A stretch of DNA of 64,000 nt. Origin: an uncultured Gemmatimonadales bacterium (GTDB taxonomy: Bacteria; Gemmatimonadota; Gemmatimonadetes; Gemmatimonadales; GWC2-71-9). The stretch spans positions 1,568,001 through 1,632,000 of the forward strand of contig CAVYSW010000003.1 in NCBI GenBank assembly GCA_963771275.1. Direction: 5' to 3'. The position numbers and the translations under genes are program-made. The notes beneath the pieces are model-generated. The model saw only the letters and a program-made list of their open reading frames with translations, searched no databases and was not told the origin of the DNA. Numbering within the stretch: position 1 is the first letter of the stretch; every line of letters begins with the position of its first letter. Of this stretch, positions 29,943 through 38,485 are shown in pieces.

Positions 29943-32417
29943 TCACCGTGCCGCCGGGATCGCCGCGGGCGCGTCGCCCCGCACGACCAGCACGCTCAGG
30001 CTCGCCGTCCTGAGCCCGTCCGCGCTGGCCGCGATGCGGAGCAGCCCGGGGAGCGCCGCGCGCAGAATCGCCAGCCCGCGGCCGTTGAACGCGTGCCGGC
30101 GGTCGGCGCGGTAGGGGTCGTGATCCCTGAGGTCGGCGTTGTCCAGTGCCAGGATGCTGCCGCCGCTCACCGTGAAGCGCACGAGGTTCCCAGCGGTTGG
30201 GACCACCGTGCCGGCCGAGTCGACGATCTCGAACGTCACGTGCGCCACGTCGCCCGGATCGGCGGTGATGGTGTCGCGGTCCGCGGCGAGCCGGATCGCG
30301 GCCGGTGTGCCCGCGGTCCGCACCTCCGCCTCGCAGGCCACCGTGCCGTCGCGCCGCTTGCCGACAGCCCGGAGCACGCCGGGCTCGTACGGCACGTCCC
30401 AGCTCACGTGCAGGTCGTCGGTCGTGGCATTGACGACGGGCAGCGCGTAGCTGTTCCAGCCGCCGGAGGTACCCTGCGCGGGGAACTCGAGGCGCTTCTC
30501 GCCGAGGGAGCGGCCGTTCAGGAACAGCTCCACGCTGTTGCAGTTGGTGTACGCCAGCACGGGAATCGGTTGCCGCTCCCGCCCGGGCCAGTTCCAGTGC
30601 GGGAATAGGCGGAGCACCGGCTGGCCTGTCCACTGACTTTGATACAGGTAGTACGAGTCCTTGGGGCGGCCGGTGATGTCAATCGCCCCGGAGCCGGCGC
30701 CCACGCCGGGCCAGAACGTCTCGCCCAGGTAGTCGATCCCGGTCCACATGAAGTCGCCCGCGAAGTAGTCGTGCGTCGCCACCCATTTCCAGAGCCGCTC
30801 GGCGCGGATCATCCCCGTGGTGTAGTTGGGCTGCACCTTCGAGGCGTCGCTCCCCAGCGAGTACCGGCCGCCGAACGCGTTCACGGCGGGCGCGCTCTCG
30901 GTGCCGATCATCTTCCAGTCGGGGTGGTCGTGCCGATCCGGCTCGGCGAAGATCTCCCGGCGCTCGTGCCAGCGGTCCACGTAGTTGTAACCCACCACGT
31001 CCAGGGCGTTCAGGAACGGCAGCGTGGCACGACCCCCGTCGGCGGCGATGTGGTCGTTGCCGGTGGTGACCGGTCGCGTCGGATCCTCGCGGTGGAACAG
31101 GTCGACGAGCCGGCGCAACACCGCCACGCCGTCCGGCGTGTCCTGCTCGCCGATCTCGTTGCCGGCGCTCCAGAGGACGATCGACGGGTGGTTCCGGTCG
31201 CGGTGGACGAAATCCGTGACGTCGCGCTCGGACCATTCGGTGAAGTACTTGTGGTACCCCTCGGTCACCTTGCCCACGGTCCACTCGTCGAACGCCTCCG
31301 CCATGACGAGAAGGCCCAGGCGGTCGCACAGGTCGAGGAACTCGGGCGCGGGCGGGTTGTGCGCGGTACGGACGGCGTTCGCACCCATGGCCTTGAGGAC
31401 CTCCAACCGGCGCTGCCACACGGGCTCCGGCACGGCGGCGCCCACCGCTCCCGCGTCGTGATGGAGGTTGACGCCGTTCATCTTGACGCGCACGCCGTTC
31501 AGCAGGAAGCCCTGGTCCTTGTCGTAGGCAATCGTTCGAATCCCGAATGGCGTGGCGGTGGTGTCGGTGACGCTTCGGCCGGCCAGCAGCGCCTGGCGGA
31601 GCGTGTACAGGTTCGGCGCCTCGACCGACCACAGCCGCGGCACCTCGACCTCAAGGCGTTGCGCGAGGTCGACCGCCTGCCCGGCCGCCAGCGAGAACGG
31701 CGTCTCCGCCCGCGCGGTCTCCCGGCCCGCACCGTCGAGGACCAGGGAACGGAGCACACCCCGGCGTTGCGTCGTGTGGTGGTTCTCGACGTGGGTCCGG
31801 ACCACGACCTCCGCTCCGGCGGAATCCGCGCGGGGCGTCGTCACGTACGTGCCCCAGTGGCCCACGTGAAGCGGAGCGACGAGAGTCAGCCAGACGTGGC
31901 GGTAGATGCCGCTGCCCGTGTACCAGCGGGAGTTGGGCTGCAACGAGTTGTCCACGCGCACGGCAACCACGTTCACACCGGGCACGAGGTGATTGGTGAT
32001 GTCGTACGCGAAGCTGACGTACCCGTAAGGCCGCCGGCCCAGGTGGACGCCGTTGATCCAGGCGTCGCTGTTCATGTAGATCCCGTCGAACGCGAGCCAC
32101 ACCTCGCGGCCGCGCGCGCCGGCGGGCAGGCGAAACGCCTTGCGGTACCACCCGATCCCTGACGGGAAGTACCCCACACGCCCGCCGCCGGGGGCGTCCT
32201 GACGCGGCGTCCCCTCGATGCTCCAGTCGTGCGGCAGGTCCAGCCGCCGCCACGCGCGGTCGTCGAAGGTCGGCCGCTCGGCCCCGGCCTGGTCGCCGAG
32301 GGTGAAGCGCCAGCCGGGATCCATGGAAAGGCGCTGCCGCTGACCCGCGGCGGGGCGCGCCGCCACCGACAGGGCCAGGCCGAGAGCGAGCACGGGTGCA
32401 GCGCGGATCAGGCGCAT
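29943..32417 (-). CDS. GH2 beta-galactosidase-like glycosidase (DUF4982 domain)
   Basis: 'LPHDWSIE', 'SRWYTGSGIYR', 'GVNLHHD', 'RTAHNPP', 'RDRNHPSIVLWSAGNE', 'WTGIDYLGE'. Confidence 0.93.
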   Translation of the reverse strand: MRLIRAAPVLALGLALSVAARPAAGQRQRLSMDPGWRFTLGDQAGAERPTFDDRAWRRLDLPHDWSIEGTPRQDAPGGGRVGYFPSGIGWYRKAFRLPAGARGREVWLAFDGIYMNSDAWINGVHLGRRPYGYVSFAYDITNHLVPGVNVVAVRVDNSLQPNSRWYTGSGIYRHVWLTLVAPLHVGHWGTYVTTPRADSAGAEVVVRTHVENHHTTQRRGVLRSLVLDGAGRETARAETPFSLAAGQAVDLAQRLEVEVPRLWSVEAPNLYTLRQALLAGRSVTDTTATPFGIRTIAYDKDQGFLLNGVRVKMNGVNLHHDAGAVGAAVPEPVWQRRLEVLKAMGANAVRTAHNPPAPEFLDLCDRLGLLVMAEAFDEWTVGKVTEGYHKYFTEWSERDVTDFVHRDRNHPSIVLWSAGNEIGEQDTPDGVAVLRRLVDLFHREDPTRPVTTGNDHIAADGGRATLPFLNALDVVGYNYVDRWHERREIFAEPDRHDHPDWKMIGTESAPAVNAFGGRYSLGSDASKVQPNYTTGMIRAERLWKWVATHDYFAGDFMWTGIDYLGETFWPGVGAGSGAIDITGRPKDSYYLYQSQWTGQPVLRLFPHWNWPGRERQPIPVLAYTNCNSVELFLNGRSLGEKRLEFPAQGTSGGWNSYALPVVNATTDDLHVSWDVPYEPGVLRAVGKRRDGTVACEAEVRTAGTPAAIRLAADRDTITADPGDVAHVTFEIVDSAGTVVPTAGNLVRFTVSGGSILALDNADLRDHDPYRADRRHAFNGRGLAILRAALPGLLRIAASADGLRTASLSVLVVRGDAPAAIPAAR

Positions 32418-32503
32418 CGTTCGGTTCCTTGGTACCGGCAACGCCGGTACATTAGGGCGAGCGCGGGCGAAACCGCAAGAACGACGGGCGGAGGAGGCTC
32501 GAG

Positions 32504-33868
32504 ATGCGCAAAGGTCTCGCGGCAGTGGCGGCGTGTGTGTGGTTGGTCGCCGGGTACCCCACGACCCGGCCAGCGTCGGCCCAAGCGTCCGCGGGCGCGC
32601 TGGCACCGGACACGTCGTGGGTCGCCCGCAGCGCGCTCTATGAGGTGTTTGTTCGCGACTTTTCGCCGACGGGCGATTTCCGGGGCGTGACGCAGGGGCT
32701 GGACCGCATCGAAACGGCGGGCGCGAACGTCGTGTGGCTGATGCCGATCTTCCCGGTCGGGGTCGTGAACCGGAAGGGCCCGCTTGGGTCGCCGTACTCG
32801 GTGCGCGACTACCGCGCAGTCGATTCCGCGTACGGCACCGCCGCGGACTTCCGGGCGCTCGTCCAAGCCGTGCACGCCCGTGGGATGAAGCTGATTCTCG
32901 GCTGGGTGCCGAATCACACCTCGTGGGACAATGTCTGGGTCCGGGAGCATCCCGACTTCTACGTCCGCGACGAGCGCGGCGCGTTGACCGTGCCGCGCGA
33001 CGACCAGGGCAAGCTGACCGACTGGACGGACGTCGCGCAGCTCGACTACCGGAATCCCGCGCTGCGCCGCGCGATGATCGCCGCCATGCGCTATTGGCTG
33101 GAGGCGTTTGGCATCGACGGCTTCCGGATGGACGTCGCCGGCTTCGTCCCCGACGACTTCTGGCGCGAGGCCGTGCCGGCGCTGCGCTCCGCCGTCCCCC
33201 GGCCGATCCTGCTGCTCGCGGAATGGGGCGATCTCAAGATGCACCGGCTCGGCTTCGATCTCACGTACGCGTGGGACTCGTACCGCCGCCTCAAGGCGGT
33301 GTGGGCAGGCGCGCCGGCAGACACGTTCGTCCGGAGCGAGCTCGTGGACATGCGGGCGATGCCCCCCGGCGGCATGCGGCTGCGCTTCACCACGAACCAC
33401 GACGAGACGGCGTGGGACAAGCCGCCGGTCACGCTCTTCGGTGGTGCCGCGGGCGCGCGCGCGGCGTACGTCGCCATGGCGCTGCTGCCGGGCCGACCGC
33501 TGCTCTACAACGGGCAGGAGGTCGAGAGCCCGCAGCAGCTCGGCCTGTTCGTGCGGGACTCGATCGTGTGGACGCAGCCCCACGCGGACTCGGCGCGCGC
33601 CTTCTATCAGCGGGTTCTGCACCTGGCGCGCACGGATCCGGTGTTCATCGCGGGCGACCTCCGTGCGGTCGGGACCAGCGCCCCCAACGATGTGATCGCC
33701 TATCGGCGGGGCAACAGGATCGTGCTCGTGAACCCCCGATCGCGCGAGGTGCGCGTCGTCGTCACGGGTTTCGACGTGAATGACGCGCGGGATCTGCTGT
33801 CGGACCGTGTGCAGCGGGGCGACACCGTCGCGCTCCCGGGCTACGGCGCGATGGTGCTCCGTCGCTGA
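32504..33868 (+). CDS. GH13 alpha-amylase family enzyme, secreted
   Basis: 'GSPYSVRDY', 'GFRMDVAG', 'LAEWG', 'TNHDE' catalytic triad; signal peptide. Confidence 0.92.
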   Translation: MRKGLAAVAACVWLVAGYPTTRPASAQASAGALAPDTSWVARSALYEVFVRDFSPTGDFRGVTQGLDRIETAGANVVWLMPIFPVGVVNRKGPLGSPYSVRDYRAVDSAYGTAADFRALVQAVHARGMKLILGWVPNHTSWDNVWVREHPDFYVRDERGALTVPRDDQGKLTDWTDVAQLDYRNPALRRAMIAAMRYWLEAFGIDGFRMDVAGFVPDDFWREAVPALRSAVPRPILLLAEWGDLKMHRLGFDLTYAWDSYRRLKAVWAGAPADTFVRSELVDMRAMPPGGMRLRFTTNHDETAWDKPPVTLFGGAAGARAAYVAMALLPGRPLLYNGQEVESPQQLGLFVRDSIVWTQPHADSARAFYQRVLHLARTDPVFIAGDLRAVGTSAPNDVIAYRRGNRIVLVNPRSREVRVVVTGFDVNDARDLLSDRVQRGDTVALPGYGAMVLRR

Positions 33869-34068
33869 TGCACCGCGGAGCACGCCGAACACGCAGAGAC
33901 GGCTCTTGCTGCCGTTGAAGACGTTGTCTTCCTCCGTGTTCTCCGCGATCTCTGCGGTATCACAGTGCGTCGCTGATGCACCGCGGAGCACGCTGAGCAC
34001 GCAGAGACGGCTGTTGCTGCCGTTGAAGACGTTGTCTTCCTCCGCGTTCTCCGCGATCTCTGGGTATC
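33860..34068. repeat. Tandem duplication (108-bp period) of a miniature palindromic repeat element
   Basis: Copies start at 33860 and 33968; each has ACCGCGGAG-CACGC..-CACGCAGAG ... CTCCG.GTT-CTCCGCGAT-CTCTG(C)GGT arms. Confidence 0.9.
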
Positions 34069-34086
34069 GGATTCCGTCCGGCTGCG

Positions 34087-35766
34087 CTATTGCCGGACGA
34101 GGTCGAGCACCAGACTCTCCCTCGAACTGATCTCGCCGGCAACCGGCACGTAGCGCTGGATACGCCCGTCCTCGCCGACGGTGAGCGGCGCGCCGTCCGG
34201 GCCGCCGAGCAAGTTGCGCGGCGCGTACGTGCCGGCCGGCAGCACGCCCTCCGCCGAGCCGACCGAGACGCCGGAGGCCGGCTCGGGGCCGAGGTTCGCG
34301 ACCACGAGCACGCTGTGGTCGCCCGCGCGGCGGAGGTAGGCGGCGACCTGCGAGCTGCCGGTCGAGAGCGGCACCAGCCTGCCCGTCGCCAGGGCCTCGT
34401 GCTCGCTGCGCAGGTGGATCAGGCGGCGGTAGAGGTTGAGCAACGAGCCGGCATCGGCGTCCTGCGCCTCCACCGTGGTGGTGAGCGAGTCAGGCTGGGG
34501 ACCCGCCCACGGCGTGCCGGACGTGAAGCCCCCGCCGGGACGCGGGGCCCATTGCATCGGGGTCCTGAGCCGCGGATCGGGCTTGCCCCCCGTCATCCCG
34601 ATCTCTTCGCCGTAGTAGACGAACGGCAGGCCGGGCAGCGTGAGCAGCAGCGTTGCCGCCAGCCGCGCGCGGGAGATGTCCCCCCCGAGTGCGGTGAGTG
34701 TGCGGGTCCCGTCGTGATTGCTCAGGAACGGCGACCAGCGGTACGCCGGCAGCGTGTCCTGCAGCCGGAGGTAGCCGGGGAGCAGCCCGGCCGCGGAGCC
34801 GGTGCGGACCACCGACAGGAGCGAGTCGGACAGCTCGAAGGCGAAGTACGAGGTGAGCTGGTCGGGGTAGTAGGGGCGGAGCGCCGCGATATTGCCCCAT
34901 GCCTCGCCCACCGTGTAGGCGTCGGGCCTCACGCTCGCGACGTGCGCGGCGTACTCGTGCAGGAAGGCGTGCGTGCCGGCGCAGCTCATCTGGCAGTCCC
35001 CGTCCTCCACGAGGTACGGGACCGCGTCCAGGCGGAATCCGTCCACGCCCATCTCACGCAGCCAGTACGTGGCGATCTGCTTCGCTTCCTCCCGCACGGC
35101 GGCGGTGTGGTAGTCGAGGTCCGGCATGTCGGGCGAGAACACGCCGTAGTAGTACTCGCCGCGCACCGGGGAACGGCGCCAGGCTGGCTGGCCCCACGGG
35201 CCGTTGCCCAGCGGGGTCGGGGAGAACCGGTACCACGCGCGATAGGGCGACGTCGTGTCGCGCAGCGCCGCCTGGAAGTACGGGTGCTCGCTGGACGTGT
35301 GGTTCAGCACCATATCCACCAGCACGGAGATCCCGCGGCGATGGGCTTCCGCGACGAAGCGCTTGAAGTCCTCATTGGTGCCGTACGCCGGCTCCACGCG
35401 GTAGTAATCGCTGACGTCGTAGCCGTGGTAGCTGGGGGACGCGGCCACCGGCATGAGCCAGATGCAGGAGGCACCCAGGTCGCGCTGGGAGGTTGAATCC
35501 CCATCGTTGATGTAGTCGAGCTTGGCCGTGAGCCCGTTGAGGTCGCCGATCCCGTCGCCATCGCTGTCATAGAAGGAGCGCACGAAGATCTCGTAGCACA
35601 CCGCACCGTGCGTCCACGGGGGCGCAGTGGTGACGCCCGCAGCATGGGGTGGGGCGACGTGCTCGCCACAGAGAACACGGAGACCACAGAGGCTGTTCTC
35701 TGCGTTCTCTGCGGTAAGGACACCAGCCGCCACTACTGCGGACAGCGCCAGCCACGGCGATTTCAT
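34087..35766 (-). CDS. GH13 alpha-amylase/oligo-glucosidase family enzyme, secreted
   Basis: 'YEIFVRSFYDSDGDGIGDL', 'DMVLNH', 'GFRLDAV', 'VGEAW', 'SNHD', 'RTPMQW'; ATGA overlap with GH97, GGAGG RBS. Confidence 0.93.
   Translation of the reverse strand: MKSPWLALSAVVAAGVLTAENAENSLCGLRVLCGEHVAPPHAAGVTTAPPWTHGAVCYEIFVRSFYDSDGDGIGDLNGLTAKLDYINDGDSTSQRDLGASCIWLMPVAASPSYHGYDVSDYYRVEPAYGTNEDFKRFVAEAHRRGISVLVDMVLNHTSSEHPYFQAALRDTTSPYRAWYRFSPTPLGNGPWGQPAWRRSPVRGEYYYGVFSPDMPDLDYHTAAVREEAKQIATYWLREMGVDGFRLDAVPYLVEDGDCQMSCAGTHAFLHEYAAHVASVRPDAYTVGEAWGNIAALRPYYPDQLTSYFAFELSDSLLSVVRTGSAAGLLPGYLRLQDTLPAYRWSPFLSNHDGTRTLTALGGDISRARLAATLLLTLPGLPFVYYGEEIGMTGGKPDPRLRTPMQWAPRPGGGFTSGTPWAGPQPDSLTTTVEAQDADAGSLLNLYRRLIHLRSEHEALATGRLVPLSTGSSQVAAYLRRAGDHSVLVVANLGPEPASGVSVGSAEGVLPAGTYAPRNLLGGPDGAPLTVGEDGRIQRYVPVAGEISSRESLVLDLVRQ
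35665..35715. repeat. Miniature palindromic repeat copy inside the GH13 coding sequence
   Basis: GCCACAGAGAACACGGAGACCACAGAG...TTCTCTGCGTTCTCTGCGGT, read as TAENAENSLCGLRVLCG. Confidence 0.75.
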
Positions 35767-37835
35767 GGCTGTCCTCCCGCCGGCCGGATGCGGATGGCCT
35801 GTCCGCCGCCCGGTGCCAGCGCGATGTGGAGGGTGGAGCCCGCGTTCACGTCCTGGCGGCTGATGGCGACCGGGAACGGGTTGTCCCGCCAGTTCGCGCC
35901 GGGCCCGTCGGCGTAGATCTCGGCCACGTAGCGGGTTCCTCGGGTGAGGAACGACAGCGGCACGTCGAACGACCGCGGCTCCTCGTCGGTGATCGCGCCG
36001 AGGAACCACTCCGGGGAGCCGCGCTGCCTGCGGGCGACGATCACGTAGTCCCCGATCTTGCCCTTCAGTACCGCCGTCGTGTCCCAGTCGACCGCGACGT
36101 CGCGGATGAACTGGAAGGCGGGCTGACCCGCGTAGTTCTCCGGCAGGTCGGCCGCCATCTGCAGCGGAGAGTAGAGCACCACGTAGAGCGCGAGCTGTTT
36201 GGCGAGCGTCGTCCGGACGCGCGGCTCTTCCGGCGTGTGCGGCCGGCCCGTGCTCCGCTCGAGAATGTCGAAAATCCCCGGCGTGAAGTCCAGCGGCCCG
36301 GCCAGCAGCCGCGTGAAGAAGAGGATTGTCTCGTGCTCCGGGGGGTTGCCACCGTCGCCGCTCCAGGCGTTGTACTCCTGACCGCGGGCGCCCTCGCGGG
36401 TCATCATGTTCGGGTAGGTGCGGCGCTCGCCGGTATCGTGGATCGGCTCGTGCACGTCGAGCATGATGCCGTACCGGGCCGCGGTTTCGATCACGCGGCG
36501 GTAGTGCCGCACCATGAACTGCGACCAGTGCGAGTCGCCCTGCGCGGTCGTGTCCGTGACGTAGCCGGTCTTGACGGCGTCCACCCCCAACGACCGATAC
36601 AGCGCGAACGCGCTGTCCAGCTGGCGCTCGTAGTTCTCGATCCCCCCGGACGTCTCGTTGTGCACGATGAGCCGCACGCCCTTCTGCCGGGCGTACGCGG
36701 CGACTGCCGCGAGGTCGTAGTCGGGGTAGGGCCGCGTGAACGAGAACGCGTTCCGGTTCGCGATCCAGTCGCCGTCCCAGCCGACGTTCCATCCCTCGAC
36801 GAGCACGCCGCCGAACCCGTTCGCCGCCGCGAAGTCGATGTACCGCTTCGCATTGGCGGTCGTCGCTCCGTGCCTCGGTCCCGCGCTCCAGGTCATGACG
36901 CCGATGTGCATGCCCCACCAGATGCCCACGTACTTCATCGGGTGGATCCAGTCCGTCTTGGGCAGGGCGTTGGGCGGATTGAGGTTCAGGCCGAGCAGCG
37001 CGGGCGCCAGGTCCTCGGCGCGGTCGGCCAGCTGGATCGTGCGCCACGGCGTGACGAAGGGGGTGTGCCCGCGCACCTTGACGCCGTCGGCCCACGGCGC
37101 CAGCGCCGCCCGCAGGGTGCGGCCCTCCATCCGCGGCCCGGCGAGGTTCATCCGCGCGTAGTCCACCAGGTTCGCCTCGTGGATCACCAGGAAGGTGCGG
37201 CCGTCCGTGGTCTCCATGGTGAGCGGCGTCTGGACGCTGTCCAGCGTGCTCACCGGTGCGGACGAGAACAGCTCCTCGGAGCGGTCCATCCGCGGGCGGT
37301 CGGACGGGATCCACCAGGCGCGCGCGTTGTCCGCCAGGGCGAACTCGGTGAGCTCGTCGCTCAGCTCGAACGCGCCCAGGCCGGGCTGGTCGGGCACCTC
37401 GTACCGGAAGCCCACGCCGTCGTCGAACGCGCGCACGCGCACGGTGAATCGGCGGTTCGGGGCGGCGGTTTCCTCCACGGAGACGGCGAGCTCGTTGTGG
37501 TGGTCCCGCACCCGGACGACCTCGCCCCACGGCTGGGTCCACGTCGCGTCGTGCGCCTGCCTGGTGGTGTCCGTGATGCGCAGCCCGTCGCGCAGCGGGG
37601 GCGCGCCGCGGAATGCGAAGCCGAGCAGCGAGGGAAGGATCAGCCAGCGCCCGTCGCGCGCCAGGCTGTAGCTGAGCCGACCCTCGCGCACCGCGACGGC
37701 GACCCGATTCCGACCGTCCGGCGAGGTGACCAGCACGGAGTCCTGCGCGCCGAGTGGGCTCCCCAGAAGGGCTGCGAGAGCGAGCGCCGCCGCCCCTCGG
37801 AGGGTCCAGCGGGTGCGGGGCGAGTGCTTCGGCAT
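35763..37835 (-). CDS. susB: GH97 alpha-glucosidase (SusB-like)
   Basis: 'KYVGIWWGMH', 'YIDFAA', 'VLVEGWNVGW', 'HNETSG', 'REGARGQEY', 'YSPLQMAADLPENY'. Confidence 0.95.
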   Translation of the reverse strand: MPKHSPRTRWTLRGAAALALAALLGSPLGAQDSVLVTSPDGRNRVAVAVREGRLSYSLARDGRWLILPSLLGFAFRGAPPLRDGLRITDTTRQAHDATWTQPWGEVVRVRDHHNELAVSVEETAAPNRRFTVRVRAFDDGVGFRYEVPDQPGLGAFELSDELTEFALADNARAWWIPSDRPRMDRSEELFSSAPVSTLDSVQTPLTMETTDGRTFLVIHEANLVDYARMNLAGPRMEGRTLRAALAPWADGVKVRGHTPFVTPWRTIQLADRAEDLAPALLGLNLNPPNALPKTDWIHPMKYVGIWWGMHIGVMTWSAGPRHGATTANAKRYIDFAAANGFGGVLVEGWNVGWDGDWIANRNAFSFTRPYPDYDLAAVAAYARQKGVRLIVHNETSGGIENYERQLDSAFALYRSLGVDAVKTGYVTDTTAQGDSHWSQFMVRHYRRVIETAARYGIMLDVHEPIHDTGERRTYPNMMTREGARGQEYNAWSGDGGNPPEHETILFFTRLLAGPLDFTPGIFDILERSTGRPHTPEEPRVRTTLAKQLALYVVLYSPLQMAADLPENYAGQPAFQFIRDVAVDWDTTAVLKGKIGDYVIVARRQRGSPEWFLGAITDEEPRSFDVPLSFLTRGTRYVAEIYADGPGANWRDNPFPVAISRQDVNAGSTLHIALAPGGGQAIRIRPAGGQP

Positions 37836-38059
37836 GCGGTTCTCCTCCTGGTGGTTCAGGGCCGGGTGAGGCAGGGCGGGTCCTTCATGGTGATGGGTTC
37901 TCACGCGAATGGCAACCGTGTCGCACCCGGGGCATGCGCCGATGGCCGACGGTGATGGGCGAGGGACGGTGCGGGCCGGTATCTTCCGCATGGGGAACAC
38001 GGCCTCGCGGGCCGGATCCGCGGTCCCGCAGTCGCGAGGCTTTGAGGAGGGATGATTCC

Positions 38060-38485
38060 ATGATGTCCCGAGCGCTTGGGCTGTTGCTCCTCCTCGGATG
38101 CGCGGGCGGCCGGGCTCCCGCCCCGGCGCCGGAGGCCCCGGCCGACACTGGACGTGTGGCCGCTGAGGAGGCCGGGTGGTGCGTGCGGCAGGCGGGGGTC
38201 ACGCTCCACGTGGAGAACCGGGGCTCAGCGGACGTGGAGATCACGTTCGGTGCCTACTGGACGCCGGGCCGCGCGGCCCCGGGTCTGTCGCGGACCACCT
38301 ATCGCGTCCCTCGGGCTTACCTGGCTGGCTACATAGGGCTGCGAATCCGGGGCGGACTCCGGCTGGGGCCGCGCCGGTGGATTCCCACTGAGTACGTGGT
38401 CTGCAACGATGCCACCCTGATCATCGGTGCCGAGCCGGGCCACAGCTTCTTCTACGGCGACCTCGTGGGGTTGGGGTGGCCCTGA
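38060..38485 (+). CDS. Small predicted lipoprotein, unknown function
   Basis: GAGGAGG RBS; 'MMSRALGLLLLLGC' lipobox; 'VTLHVENRGS'. Confidence 0.65.
   Translation: MMSRALGLLLLLGCAGGRAPAPAPEAPADTGRVAAEEAGWCVRQAGVTLHVENRGSADVEITFGAYWTPGRAAPGLSRTTYRVPRAYLAGYIGLRIRGGLRLGPRRWIPTEYVVCNDATLIIGAEPGHSFFYGDLVGLGWP

Noticed and set aside
33860..34068. Possible CRISPR array
   Set aside because: Only two 108-bp units, no unique spacers and no cas genes.
34087..37542. 1151-aa ORF suggesting a large fusion protein
   Set aside because: The N-terminal half is an off-frame reading of the GH97 gene; the amylase has its own RBS and ATG at 35766.
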